Source: Raillietiella orientalis (taxonomy: Eukaryota). From it: 64,000 nucleotides of DNA. The notes beneath the pieces were generated by a model. It had not been told where the DNA came from and searched no databases. It saw only the letters and a program-made list of their open reading frames with translations. This document shows, in pieces, positions 21,501 to 36,500 of this stretch. Both the position numbers and the translations under genes were made by a program. Location: assembly GCA_036172245.1 (NCBI GenBank), contig JAYWIR010000014.1, forward strand, positions 3,224,001 to 3,288,000. The letters run 5' to 3'. The first letter of the stretch is position 1. Every line of letters starts with the position of its first letter.

Positions 21501-24500
21501 TGGAAGCGCCACTATTTCCTGGAACCCGTTTGCCATGCATTCACATGGAATGCAAACAAGACAACCGCATCAAACGTGATCTCAGTATAGTACGATACAC
21601 TTCACGCTGATTATTTCGAACATCTTCGTTACTGTGATCCTTTAAGACCTCACCGCGTTCTTTGTATTTTATCAAAACGAAAACTGGCAACAACCGATGC
21701 GAAGGTCGTTCCCGCTGAAATTTACCAATTCGATCCACACTTAGTGCCTTCCCGCAAGATTCCCGCATTCTACAGGAAGCTAATGGGCGAGGACGGGCCA
21801 CAAGCAGCAGCGGAATAACTCAAGCGAGCAGGCAAGCAGTGGATTTTTGCAGACTTCATCCGCGAGCCTACCTGCACCACGTGACCACAGACGAGCAGTG
21901 ACAAGTTCTTCGTGATGAGATTGGCATAGTGCAACAAATAGGATCTCGCATCCGGTTCCCCAGAAAAGACCAGTATCTGAGGACGGAAGTTTTTGACATG
22001 CTCTGCAGTCAGATTGAGCTGATGGCACGATTTCAACGCTGACACGTATGTCTGCGCCTGCGTCGAAGATCCCCAATTTACATCTTGAAAAGGCATATTA
22101 TAAATGGCAGAAAAGAATACGCACCTGGTTTCCGATAGTTAACGTACATGTAAAGAATGATGACGACCACGAATGTGACCAAAGCCGTGATCCAGTCGGA
22201 CAAAAACATAATGGATACCGACATAAACGCTCCTAGAAGGCTGATCCACTTGTTGTAATACTGGAAGCGAAGAGCATCAAGACCGAACTAAAGATCGAGG
22301 TACCTTGAAGGAAGGTCGCCATCCTGGAGAATTCGTAATACTGACGTGGAAGCAAGACACGTTGATTAGCATGTATGTCGCAAGGAAAAAATTGGAGGTC
22401 AAGGGAGCCAACGCATTCAAATTACCTACGGTAATTAGCAGTTGTTCGAGTCTTTTGATCTTACCTATGATGACACAGCCAACAGCGATGAAGAAACAGA
22501 GCGCGTAACCCCTAAATGGATCTTTGTTAGCACCGTGACCTTTGGCAAACACTCCAATAAATGGGTACAAGTTGTCTCTAGCAAGAGCCTAGGAGAACAA
22601 GGAAAAAGGAATACAAAATTTATCGGCACTGGGAATTGGCTCATCCGATCGTTTGGTTCAGTAGGAACGCGCGACCGATGCACAGGAATGGACTCGGTTG
22701 CCAGGGAATTCGTTTTAAGATGGGGCGATTCCTTCTCTCAAAGAATGATAGAAGTAAAGCCAGTAGTGACGATAAGATGAGGTCATTCATTTTACGGTGG
22801 GAAAGACAGGGCGATATCTTCCGCTTCTTTTCCACTCCTCTAGACGCTGCATGCAAAACAGCATCCGCATCACCATGTTCGTTCCAGATGTTTTACCCGT
22901 AAGAACGGTCTGATTAGATCTTCACTTTTCTCTTGCCGGTAGAATTCCAGGAAACTCTTCGAGAAGCTCACTCTGTGACTTCTGTTCAACAGAGGTCGAG
23001 GACAACACCGTACCGCTATCAGTATGAGAGTGTCTTCTGCCACGCAGAAGTGCTATAACGCGCGTGCTGGCAAAGGTGATAAGGAAGAAGAGAAATTCCG
23101 GGTGAAGAGTAGGGTTGCAGCGATAAAGAACTGCGTGAGAGGACAGTGGAAAAATTGTGTGCGTGTTTTTTTCTTTGTCGCGTGGACTGAAACGAGTCCA
23201 AGAGAATATGGTTTGGAGGAACTGAAACAGCAAGGAACGGTTCAGGAGAAAGCTAAATACGAAAGCTGGAACGAAGTGCCACTTGGAGAAGCACTACGTG
23301 ATTCAAATCCTAAGTGTTTCAGGGAACACAGAGGGCACTCGGGTTCCTGCGGACAGCCATTTCTTGAGCAGCTTGATGTTGCATTGTGAAGTGAGAGTAC
23401 CTGTGCTTCAACAGCCTAATGAGAAGATTCAAACTGTGAATATCAGAATGCATCAGGACCATATTTGGAAACCTAAAGGCCCCTGAGGACTGAATTGGAT
23501 CTGTACAACCTGTCCTACATCAAGTCAAGCTTACTAAAAGGCAGCCATTTTTACCATTGAAAGAAAGGAGCTGAGTTCCAAGGAACCTTCCAGGCTTATG
23601 AGCTAACAGGGAACTCACACGAACGCAACAGAGAAAAAGTGGTGATCGGCGAATCAGATTGCGAAAATTCAATGCAAAGACTGTGAGGTCATCCACGAAA
23701 TGTTTCCGAGGAGCCAACGCTACTTGAAGGTGTAACGGGACGTCGCAGTCTCGGACTCTTGAGATACAGACGACTCTTCTGATAACCCTCCAGTCGACTA
23801 GACGTCAAACAGAAGTTGCGGAGCACCAGAGCCTTGCTTTCCGCTGACAGTAAAGGAAGTAACAGTAAAAGAAGATGGGTTGGAAAATGGTCAGAAGCCT
23901 TGCACAGCAGCGCCACGAGTTGAATTTGCCGAATTTATCGAGAAAACATCGGAAAAGACGATAACTGGTGGACATGATGGGGCTGCTGAAGAAGCATGGA
24001 GCATAACCATAAAAGCAGCAGCCGTAGGGGTATCCATGGCAGTGGAATCTCGTCGATGCCATCTCAGCTTTCAAATGAGAATTCAAAAGATTTTCCCTCT
24101 TCGAATGGATGCGCAACAGGGAGAGATGTGCAACAGGAATTCTAGCTGACTAGGATTGCAGTGTCCCTCAAAACGCTAATGGTGACATCTTCACCGCCGA
24201 CTTTCAGAGTTGGAGCGAACGTCAAGCGTACAACGTAAAAAACAAGGCAGGACTAAGGAAGGGGAGGAGAAAGTAAGCAAAGGAGGATATACGAGGAAAA
24301 TGCGCTTCCAGAAGCTGGAAGCTTGCAACCGGTTTCCAAGAAGCCAAAAGAAAAGAACAACCTTAACAGCGTCCCAGGATCGTACAAGCGTTCCAGAAAT
24401 GGCAGCACGGGCAGGTGGCAGGGCACCCGCGAATGCCGATTTCTTCGCCCAAGTGATGGACGTGATGCTTTCCATGCTTCAGTGTCAGCTTTCTATTCAA

Positions 24501-27500
24501 GATTTTGATCTTCGAAACTATGCTGCTGATTCACCGCGCAGCAGCATCATTTCAAAGCAGTTGCGACGCAGAGCACCTATCTTATTGCCAGGTACTGATT
24601 ATGATGTACTCCAAGGCATCTCTCTTGCAAGACATTCATCGATGCAGTCATCTTAATGGAGCTCACCATCAAAATTAAGCGGACTTTAAAAGCAGACAAA
24701 CAACAGGGAAGAGGAATTTTCGAACGCGCGCCTCTTCTGTATCAACCACAACAAATTCAGTGAACGGAAGTGAGCGCTCCTCCAACCTGAGGATAAGAAA
24801 TCCACAACCGCTATTGAAGCTGCAAGTCCGCTTCATGTCAAATCGAATTGCACCCTCGGTGGAAGTGAGGGTGAGTGCGGCCATCACGGTGGGTAAATCA
24901 GCTGCTGGGGCACTTTCCTGAACGGATGCGCATTCCATCGAGTGTTGAGGACGACTTAACACAAACGCCCCACGACAGTGGACGAATCGAATCCCTTGCT
25001 CTTCGTTCCCCCGGCGCCTTGTCCGGGCTCACAACGCAGGTGGTTGCTCCTTTCAAACCGAGAGCCACAACGCGAAAAGTCAAGCGGTTCCGAGGCATTC
25101 TTTGTACATTCTATGCGCATCACCTTGCCTACCTCCTGGAAGGCAACCTCCAGAGAGTTCCGTGTCGAGCTCTTTCACACAGATATTGAAATAGATCGTC
25201 TACAAACCTGCAGTACACGAGGTGCTCCTACTAAAGCTCCAATGGCTGATGACAAGGTCGCTGCAAAACAACCTCCATAGATCAAAGGGCCCCAAGCAGA
25301 CATGAGTTCCATAACCTGGAAAGGTAAGCATCGGAAAAGGACACCAAACTCGCTGGGGTGAAGCCTGCAAAGTTGGGAAACACAAGATGAGAGTACTACC
25401 GGAAGCAACGTGAAGAGCTGATGGGTGCACACCGTGATCCTATTTGCGGGATCGGAAGTCTGTTCGTCAGATCACACCAACTGGACGACACGCGAGCGCG
25501 AGAGGGAGAACGCTCCACCAAAGGAGGGACCAGAAACGAATCCTTCGCGGCTCTGACCGGGGCTCGGTGCAAGCACGGCCTCAACCACGCCGAATCCATA
25601 CGATGACGGCGTTTTCCCGTCCCCAAGTCTCAATCAACGGAGGCGCAGCAACGAAATCGCAAGTGAGCAATGAGGCAACAAAAAAAGGTACCTGAGCTAC
25701 TAGGCATCAACACACATGTTGGGCGAGAACGCCCCATTTCGACATACCCGAGCGAGGTCTGGGTCCATTCGAATAAGCTGCGCAAACGACATCTGGCACG
25801 AGAGTTTCCCCGAGAGCACCTATGCGAGCGCAGAGCTGACCAGTGAGGAGGCAAACAGAAATATTGCTTCAAATGCAGAAACACATCGTTTCGAGATTAG
25901 GTTTTTAGCGCTGTGCCCTATTCCTTCTTTTTTTTTTTTTTTTAAGTAGCAGTGAACGCAGTAAACGTGCCGCAACCAAATGAAACCTCGGTCATGGAAG
26001 ACTGCACGATCGACCAGATTGTGTGAACTTTTTCACACAATCTGGTCGATGAGCTTTCGCCCACGTGACGTACGCAGAGACGGAGCATGTACGGTACAGT
26101 TGGGAATGCGAGCTAACAAAGAAGTTCAGGAAATTTTGCAGGAATGGACATCTAACCTGAGCGCTCGTGGCCGAGCCAAATTCACATTCACGTGCTGAGC
26201 AGTTGTAGGCATACCCTTCCGGGAATAGCGTGGTGTTTAGTTCTGTTACGTTTCCAGATGCATCACGATGGATGGATGATCCTATCATGAAGGGAAACAC
26301 TATGTAGGTCACAAATGTTGTCAGTATTGCAAGAAGAGTTCCTTTAGGGATGGCTTTCGCAGGATTCTGAATGAGAACAATCGAGAATAAGGAAACAAAT
26401 CGATTACAGGAGGCTTTTGGACGGAAAGCCTCATCGATTTCTGAAACTCCACTCTTCACGTCTTATTACATGTGATGACCGAAATTTCAAGAAAGCTGTG
26501 CACGAATACCTTCAGCTCTCCTGACAGATTGGCGCCGGCCACGATACCGGTGACTGCAGGAAAGAACACGGCGAAAACGGAAAAGAAATTCTGCTGGTAT
26601 CCATCTTGAACCCTGTAATCAGGAGGAAAATTTGACTGAAACAATTTCCCTGAAACACAAAAAAAAAAAACAAAAAAAAAAACCAAAAAAGTACACACAC
26701 GTTTTTTTTCTTTCTGGAAACATTCATGACAGATTCATTATGGATTCGAGCAATCATTTCAAAAAATGAGACATTCAAATGCGGCAGTAGTTGATCTCTC
26801 GGGCTCGGAGCACAGCACCAGGACTGCTTCCGTGCCCGCACCGTCTCGAAAAGGATTTCTGGGAAGGGAGAGAGATAGCGCTCGTGCACCTGCTGCTCCC
26901 TTCAGGCCTCATGGGAACGAGCGGAACAAAACAAGGAGGAGTTTCGAGTCCCTTCGTTTCCGATTGCCACTTCCGAGTTTTCCTGGCCATCCACCACGTT
27001 CCTACCTACCAAGTACGCTGAAAACGCGAGGCGCCCCCGACGGCAGCGTGAGAAGAAATCGAGCTTTAACTTGACCACCGTGCGCACACGACGCGAAGGC
27101 ACCATCACAAGAATTCCTCACCTCTACGGCGGGCGATTAGGCCGCTCGCATCAAAATTTCAAGGTGAAGCCTTGGACTGGTTACGTGAGCAGGTTGCTCC
27201 CTCATTGTGCCTCTCCCAGGAGGACGAATTCCATTTTTCTACATCTCCCTTTTGGCGCTGAGAACCGGTTGAAGAATGTTCTCTTTCATTCGACGGCAGG
27301 CCGGAACCATTGAAATGCAATGATTTCCCGTAAGCATGGGGAAAACGCTTGAGGATGCGGAGCAGAGGACTGGAGAGAACTTCCCGAGTTTCGAAGCTCA
27401 ATGTGCAGTCCTGTGATCGCTGTCGGAGGTTTCCAGTTGCGCGTTCGGGGTCCGAGGTCTTGCCACTTGACGCCAAAGCAAACTCCGCTCTCAAGTCAGG

Positions 27501-30500
27501 GCACGAGTCCACACTCAAGTCCATCCGGCTGCCATTGGAAGGCGTTCCGCAGAGACGAATACTTCCTTGAAATATGGTGAAGCTCACGGGAAAAATGCCA
27601 CTTCTTCATCAGCAGTCCAAGCATATTGTTCTCAAAGTTCCGTTTTTCTTCGACTGCTCCCTCCTCACCGTTAACGAAACCGCAGCCCTGGTATGATCTG
27701 CCTCGCCAACGGCTGCTTTCCCAGATGCGTTCCTAAGCCTGATTTCAAGGAAATCTTGTGGCTGCAATCAAGCAAGCAGCGGAAGATGCCGTTTTTGTTC
27801 GAAGGCTGAACGGAAGGAAAAGTGGAACAAAGAGGGTCACACAAGACTTTCCTTCCAAGTCATGCGCTGCTTGCTTAGCTGGCTTAATGAGGCATCGAAA
27901 ATGTACACTTGCCGATCTTTTAAGAGGATCTTTTTTTTTTTTGTTGTATTTTGCGCTCACGAGTGAGTCCACCCGTCACTCAAAAGACAGATCCCACGAA
28001 AACTATTTTCCAACTCCTTTATTGATCAAAGGATTTTCGCTTCTGACATCCTCGCAAGCATTTCATGACGGAAATCACGAAGCGACTCCCAGTCGTTGCA
28101 TTCGCTCATCATGATTTTCATTTCAGAACCGATCACCACCACCATGCAACACTCACGAATTGCATACTGCAGTGCACTGCATTATTTTGAAAATGCAATA
28201 AGATGAAGTGTAATAAAGACTAAGAAATAATTTCAACGAGCTTCGGGCGAGCTGATTTCGATTTCCAGTGCAGAATATGCATCACCATACACTGGGGTCG
28301 TACTGTACCGACACGAAAACTGTATAGGGAGCGAACGCGCTCATCGGGAGGAAAAAAAGCAACAAATTTTCTCATCAAGATTTTCCAGCTACAAGAAGAA
28401 GCTTGCAAGCTTGCAAGGGGGGGGGGAATCTTTCTGAAAGACTGAGGACACCAGCCTTCGCTGTGCACTTGTGCAGTCACTCTGAACACCATGAACTTGG
28501 CAAACAAACGAACAGTCATACAACACAGCCTTCAGGAACGAGCAAATTCCCATCCACAAGTTCTTCTGTACACCCTGATTCGAAGCTTGCATACAGTTGC
28601 AACACACCATCTTCCACCTCAGTTGTACACAAATTTTTCCAGTTGAACAATTTGTCTTCTTCCCCGAAAAAGCTGCCCCTATTGTCTTCGACACGAAGAG
28701 TTGGGAAACGGCTTTCAAGAGCATTTGGTTTTTGCTACACTAACCGTGGCAGCGGGTGCGAACGAAAAGTTTCTGTTGCATGCATACCAACACGTATGGT
28801 TAACCTCGGGACTTTGCTTGCGGATATTCTGTGGCAATTCGTGGACCATGGACTCGAAACCCACGATCAGCGCTTTCTTGATTCGGACATTTGGATGCGT
28901 GTTTGTAGATAGAAAAATTCTATCGTCCGAGCAAAGGTTTTCCCGAAGGAAATCCTTCTTTTCTGTCTTCGCATTTCTTCGACACGGTTCCACGCCACCC
29001 GAGGGTGGGTACTCTTCAAGATAGGGGGTATCCCAGGAGGGGTCCGCACTGTGAATCCAGTAAGGACTCGGAGTCGTTCCTCTCATGAGTGGGGAGGGAT
29101 CCCCAGAAATGGAGATTATCCACCCTGGCTGTCTCCGAAGGGGAATCCAGAAGGGAAGCTCCTTCCTTTTCTCTCCAGAGGACCCCTAGGAGGGTTCGCC
29201 CCATTCTTCCTTCCCTGAAGGGGACCCGGAAGGGATCCTATCCTGGAATTTCTTCTCCGCAGGCCGCAAGGGATCCGCTCCTGTTTTTGTTCCTCTGAAG
29301 AGAACCCAGAAGGACGCAGCTTCCCGAAGGAATCGGCTCGCTTCTCTGTACTCTCTGGAGAGGTGGTGTCGACACATCTACTCCATCAGTACGACGCGGA
29401 GGGTCCCCCCAGAATGGGGAGTCCGCTCCTTCACAACCGGAGGGGAAACTCCCCACTCCGTGATTCTTGGAAGGACGCGGAGGTCGACTCCCATTTGTCC
29501 CGGTCCATGCACCCTCATCGGGGGCATCCGGTTTTAACCGCTACCAGTACCGCATCGAATGTAGGCCAACCAGCGTCATCTTGTGGGATGAACTCGGGAC
29601 CCACCGATTCCTTTCGGAGTATTCGAACCCACGACGCTTGCTGGTGCCACGCGCGGAGACCGCCGTAACCACACAGCCTCCGACGCGGGCAAAAGTTCGC
29701 GAAGTCGACATATCAGAGAGAGCCTGGTGACTTACAGTTGATTCCGACGAAACCCATAGCGACTTCTTGTTCAGAAGTAGGTCCCAGGAAGTAACCGATA
29801 ATGAAATCCACTTGTGATACGACTAGAATGACCAGCAAAAATATCTGAGCCTAAAAGAAAACAAAGCAAAAATCTTTATGGTGTCCTTAAGAAATAGATG
29901 AGAGATGCATAGGGGTAGGCAGACAAATACACAAGATACTAGAGGATGCAGGAAGAGCAGAGGAAAAGGGATTCGCATCATACAATTGAACAGTCCTGAA
30001 GTAATTAATAAAAGTGCAAAAAGAAGGCAGTTATCAATCGATAAAAATTCGCACCGGAGACGTGTGTAGAGCTTTATAGAGCTGCTTTTATAGAGCCGAG
30101 TGGGTGCACTTGAATGGCAAGAAGGAATCGAATTGGAACGCCAGACCGAGCACGACAGCTGTGTGGTCTGATCGGCCAAGTCCGATGACTTCGAAATAAA
30201 TTATTTGTGCTTCAGTTCTGTGTGCCTCATTTTTGAAATCCCCAGAAGCCTACCATTAAATATTCAAGAGGAACGAAAACGCTAAGAGAACGCAACCGAA
30301 ACTGCCACATTCGTGTCGGGCGTGCCTGGAGGAGGAGGAAACGCGAAGTTGGTGTCCACGCGTACAGAGACTTGTACCATTCCATTTTCATTGTGTTAAC
30401 GGAGAAGGACAAGACACGAGCTACGAAAGTGCGGAAGCACACGGCGAAAGGATGCTGGCACGAGTTTCGGAATTCTGCGGGCGGGAGCGAAAACTTTTCG

Positions 30501-33500
30501 GGCGACAAAGAAACGAATGAGACGGCTGGTAACCAGGCAGTCTAGCTGCTTTGCAAACGAGATGGGGCCGAAGAATCTGCTACATCGGATGCAGGTAGAT
30601 GCGCAAAGCTCAGCACATGGGTTGTTGCAGGGCAAGCAATGATTTTCTTGTTCGCCTAATGGTGTGTTCCCATCGGATGGAGCTCCAAGCACTGCGCCTT
30701 TTCCCTCTTTTTCTTAAGATACAAATAGCAGCAGCCCCTGAGTAGGATCTTGAGAGCCTCAAAAAGATGCGAGAGACACTAGAAAAAGAAAACGTTTCGG
30801 CTTCATTTTACTTGTCTTTCCGATCATCATTTGGTTGCCATGCTACTCAAATGATCTTCCTGGAGGGCAAAGGCAGAGAGGGTGAGCGGACAGTCCCGAA
30901 ACGAAAAGTCGACGAAATGTCGGAACCAAAACCGCAGTGAGAACCGAAGAAGGAAATGGAAACGAGACGGAAACCTCCAATGGACTTGAAAACGTAAAAG
31001 ATGCAACCTCGCCAAGATTCCTCTACGCCTGAGAAAGCGACAATCAGTAGAATCTACAGCTTCGAGTTTCATCCAGCTGAAACGGATGCCGTCACCTTCT
31101 TTCCTTCAACGGAAGCCCAAATTCGTTTTCCAAGAAACGCTCTGGCCACACAGCCGACTTGTGTGACCTTTGCTGACAGTTTCCAGTAAAGGGGCAACAC
31201 AGCACATCTGTCAGCTTTACGCTTCGCAGGAGAGAAACCAAGGCATTGCAGACGTTGGTTACCTACAAATGGCAAAGAAGAAGAAGAAGGAAATTCGATG
31301 AACGCATGATTTCTCAACTTGGGCTGCTGAGAACAGGGACAAGTCTAAGCATAAGGGGAGAGGGAAAAAGAGGAATTCTGGTGGGAGAAGGCGAAGAACA
31401 GGAGGAAAGTGGGTAGGCACCAGGAAAGAAGGAAAGACGGCGTTCTTGTTGGAAACCGCGGAACTCTTCGGAGAGAGAACACTCGGCTATTGATGCGCTT
31501 AGCTGGCAGCTCTTTAGGCGTAACCTTCTCTGAACACTGAGAAAATGAATCCGGTGCAGGACGAGTCTTCAAAAGATCAAAAAGGGCTTCTTTCTTTTTT
31601 TCTTCTCTAAATCCAATTCAGACAAGAAGCGTTGCTAAGAAGGGGGCTGAGACGTTGCTAAGAAGAGACGGGCTTGCTAGCATGTAAGAAGAGGGGGAAG
31701 GCCACCAGACGGGACAGCATGCGCTGAGCTTCTGAGTCTTTTCCTCGTCCATCCTACTCGCGCAAAGTCGATCCCCAGCACTCTGCTGTCATAGGCGACG
31801 GAACGACGCCTCTCGTCTTGCGCCTCGGAGCAAGAAACATCCGAAAAGCATAAAGTTCCCAGCAAGTCATTCTCGATAATGGCAGATCCACTTCAATGGA
31901 CGTCGAATACGGAAAAGCATTATTTCATCTGATCCAATTTAATAACGGGTGAGATTGCGTCTCACCTGAAGGGGTGCGTGAAGACGTGTATATATGTACA
32001 CCTACAACTACGCACCCATCTATCTACGTCTACACCTAAAGGAAAAGATGTTTCTTTTTTTTTTAAGGGGGGGGGGGCATTTCGACATATGATCAGGAAC
32101 CCAGGGAGGATCTGAAATCCCTAATTCGGAGTCGAAATGCACCGACGAAGACCGGGGAATGATACACCGGTAGCAAAGCCGGCGAGATCCACGAGAGTTC
32201 CGTGACAGAAAGTTCGTTACGGCGGCAACAGTAGCTATGCGAAAAACCACAAACAAAATACACACGCCTACGCCATGTACAGAAGCAGCACAAGCAAATG
32301 CATCTATTGTTCATGTGGACGTATACATCGGGAGACGCCGGAATTCGGAGTCAATTTTCGACTCGAGAGGCAGCTAAAGGAAAGTTAGTCAAAGGGGATC
32401 ATTGTCCACATCGAAGGACAAAGCGCGAATATCCGGAGAGCACGAGTTGGGCAACCCACTACCGGATTGAGGGTGAAGGAGGGCCAGGTAGGAAGGATTC
32501 CCTTAACGAGGAAGGCTTCGCAAGAGTGCCTCCCTGCTGGGTTGCAGGTGGGCTGAGGGCTAGCCAGGAGGAGGGTCCCGTTCATTCAGTGGCCCGACTA
32601 CACGGTCCACCGAGGGATTCGCAAAGGAAACGAGGCGTTTCGTGATACCACGGGAACCGGACGTGCCGCACACGGTGGGTGGAATGAGGGGATCACTAGA
32701 TCTGAGATGAAGACGTAGAACCTGCAGCAGCGAGACCAAGAGGAAAGACTGTCTTTAGCTTCGGAATACGGCTAGTGTCAAAGAGGTACCCTGGTCAGCG
32801 AAACGGTCGGTCGGGAGCGTCCAAGAACGAGAGTTCTCAACGCGGAAGAGGCCACGATGCTCAAAGCAAGGCTTTCCGGATAGGCTACAAGTTTGAGAAA
32901 GACAGAGGACAAAAAAATCCAAGGTCGGGGAGTGAGCGGCGTGAAGCAGAAACGGTGTCGAAGCCAGTGCCGTGGTGGTGGTGGTGGTGGTGGTGGTGAA
33001 GGAGGAGGCGGAGGAGGGAAACCTCCACCGTGAGCGACCTGTCACATGCGCGCGGAGTATGAAAGGAGGATCTGGATGTTCTTTCAAAAGCTGAATTTTT
33101 ACCCGGGTGACCCAATCCATGCCAATAACGATGATGCCGATGATACCAACGAGAGTGATGCATCCAACAATTCGCATATCATTGATATCACCATCTAGCA
33201 AATACAGTTCGAACTGCTTTAGCACATCTCGTAGTGATTCAGCGAACCCGATGACATACATGGCGCATGCAATACTATTGGATGCTGTAAACATCAAACC
33301 GATAGCAGCACCGAAGTTAGGTCCAAGCGACCTCGAAATCATATAGTAGACACCACCTGAATGGGGAACATTTCAAAGAACGAAGTGCAACAAGCAGAAG
33401 CTTACCAGATTTGATTTCGCCATTCGTGCTTACAGCCGACATAGACAGAGTCGTGATGACCGTGACGGAATTCGCCAGGCAGACAATCAGGAGACCATAA

Positions 33501-36500
33501 CCTGCAAGGAAACGTTCCGGGTCAACACGGACTGCTCGTGTTCGTTTCTGTCCACGTGGGGGCAGAGACAACAGCCGCTCTTTAGGGTACGCTGGAGGTG
33601 GCACTCCTTTGCACATCACACATTAGGACCAGTGAAGGGCAGCATTCACGGATGCTAACGGCAAGTGACATTGCTGTCGAAGCATTTACTCGGGAGCAGA
33701 AACCGGTAATGTCACGGAGTCAATGTGACCCACGAAGGGGTAAACTCAATGCCCGTCAAGCCGTTTGTCCACAGACTCAACCTGCCACGTATTTCGACTT
33801 CACCCAAAAATGCAGAATTGTCAAGAGGGCAAAAAAACAAAAAAGGTGGAATAAAACCTTCTGCTTTACATTAGAAACGGGGAAATACATAGCGTGCACC
33901 GTGTGTTGCTCTGGAATACCATTCATGGAAGTTTTTGACAACGACAGGGGTTGCATCAATGAAATCAGAAGTGTTGCTCCAAGGGATAACTTGAGGCATC
34001 TCTCGACAACCATTAAAAGCCTCGCCACGAAAGTCGAACTCCACACTTAAAGAGTTGACAACACAAAGTGGTTTAAGAGCCAAAGAGAAAAAAGAAACTT
34101 CGTGCGATCCTCTCGAAGTGAAATTCGCTACCTCCCAAGCTCGGGGGACCCAATCCCACCCACCGAACGAGCGACTGGCTCTCACGCATGGACCGGTCTG
34201 CATGATGGTAACGGTGTGAGTCCATGAGCAGTCCCTGCCGAAAAACATACCCGCGATAAGCACGTGTCCCCACCCCACCACCCCACCTGCGATTCTCTCT
34301 TTGGAGGAATCTCTCAGGACGGGGTTCCGCTTCCTGATCTAACTTTGTGATCGGGCTTTCTGCGATGACGGCTGTGATGCATGTGCTCCAATGATGAAAC
34401 AGGCAGTAGCGGGATCAGTCTCATGCGGCGATGGGATGAGCTGCGTTTACCATGCTACCGTTTCCCCGCAGAATTAATCACCTTCAGCGTCGAGCCAATG
34501 ATTCTCTTGGCCCATCGACTTGGCTTTGGACGAGCCTCGCATTACTTTCGTCATTAAATCAAAAATCAAAGGGTGAAACTGACCGCATGGAGACCGTTGT
34601 TTTCTCGACTGATGCGAGCCATAGTGCACAAGCACTAAAGAGAGTTGGCAAAACAAAAGAGAGCAACGAAATACGTAAAGACTGGAGATTCAAAAAAAAG
34701 GTACAAAAAGCGATCACAGAGCAGCTTTTTTTAATGGTGACCCCCCAACCTAACGTACAAAAGGGAACCGCCCACTGAAAGCAATCGGTGATTCCATTGC
34801 GATGGCGCTTCATCGCGGACACATGGAAGCGAACAAAAATGCCCATCCTTACAAAAACACACAATAGCTGACAGGAATTCCTGGCTGGAGGAGGGAGTTG
34901 CGATTCGCTGTCATTCTTCCAGGGAAGTTCTCCCATCTTTCTCCCAAAGTCCGACCTTTCCGTTCTATGCAGCAAATATTTCTCCTGATACTGAGGACTG
35001 CGCAGCAAATGAATTCTATTGGAGGATGCACACAGATGCGTCAACTGAAGAAGTTTTCTCTTGAAAACACACACATGCACCAAAACAAAGGAAAACAATC
35101 ATTCGCTACGCGTGCGCATTAACAGGACCGAGTTCATTACGGGTGAACCTGGAATCAACTGGGGGGCACAGAGAGAAACAGGCCGGCGAGCGCCATTCAG
35201 AGCCAACTGCTGGAAAGTACAAACACGTCAAAGGCGTCGATATATCTCAACGACACGTCTCTCCTAGAGAAGCCAACACAGAAATACAGATCTACACTAG
35301 AAAAAGGATCACACCTGTTTCACTGAGGGATACAAACGCAAATGATGGGAGCTTTAAGAGCCGCGAAGAACATTTCCTCAAAGCTTAACGGGAACGTCCT
35401 CTGAGGGGGGGGGGGGAAGGGAGGATAAGGATCGAAGGTGATGACTAGATTTTCAGTTGCAGTGAACCGCAAAAGCAAGGAGAATTCCGATAAAAAACAG
35501 CAACTCTTGTAACTTCACTCTTCGTGCGCCAGCCTTCTTCGCGCTGCTGAACCGACATGCCGACGGCTGCGGCCAAACTGACCACATATCCAAAGCGCGC
35601 AGCTTAAAACGAAAACAAACGCCAAAGGACGGCCATTTGTGAAGCCAGAACAACCCTCCACAAGAACCCGTGTTCTTTTTCAGGAGGTCGCCGTTTCTTT
35701 TCTTGTGACGCCACTTCCGGAAAAGTCGCGTTTCCTTGAAATGGAGAGAATGTCGAAAAGGGAGACCGGCAAATGCATCCGTTTTCTTTCCCTTGACACC
35801 AACCCACTCATTACGAAGTCCAAGTTCTCGAGGCAGACGAACCCTTTTGTGATATTCCAAAGCACCGCGAAAAAACCAAAAAACGGGGGAAAAACATCGT
35901 TGGTGAGGACGCAACGCTCGGACATCGAACACCACCATCGAAACACCAATCTCATCAACACGGCGGTGTTGCAGAAACCTAGAGGTTGCCCAGTGAATCG
36001 GATATTCTGCTATTCATGGTCGAACACCAGACACGGCTACAGCGCGTCTCTTCACTCCTTTGCTCACGGCACGTTCGCAGCAATAATTCACGCAGCATCA
36101 AGACGAACTGCTCTTCCATTTATCAATTTACACCTTTTTTTTTTTCTTCTTTTTCTTTACATTATTCATGCAATCCTTGAAAAAGCCAAATGATTTTCAA
36201 AACAAATGCTTTTGTACAACCGCAGCATTCAACGAGAACTTCGACTAATGCAGACAAAGATGACAACCAGCCTCTACTACGTGATTCATCACACTGATGG
36301 CACACATACAAAGTATTTCTGGTATATCACATACATTTTACATTAGACTGGAAGATTACACAAAGATAAACCACGCTAACTACTCTTTAGTGTGTGTTAG
36401 CTTTCGGAGCTGCCTAACAGAAGACGAAACGGTGTCTCATATATTAAACAGATGCAGGAGGCACACTCATCTGTCCACTGCATGACATAACGCGAGTCAA

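Noticed and set aside
23024..24656. Plus-strand ORFs in an NKCC intron as a possible antisense nested gene
   Set aside because: No recognisable motifs, and the ORF lengths are within what this base composition produces elsewhere in the window.
35442..35463. TGACTAGATTTTCA, resembling the start of a miR-279-family microRNA
   Set aside because: No complementary upstream arm to form a precursor hairpin, and the match stops shortly after the seed.
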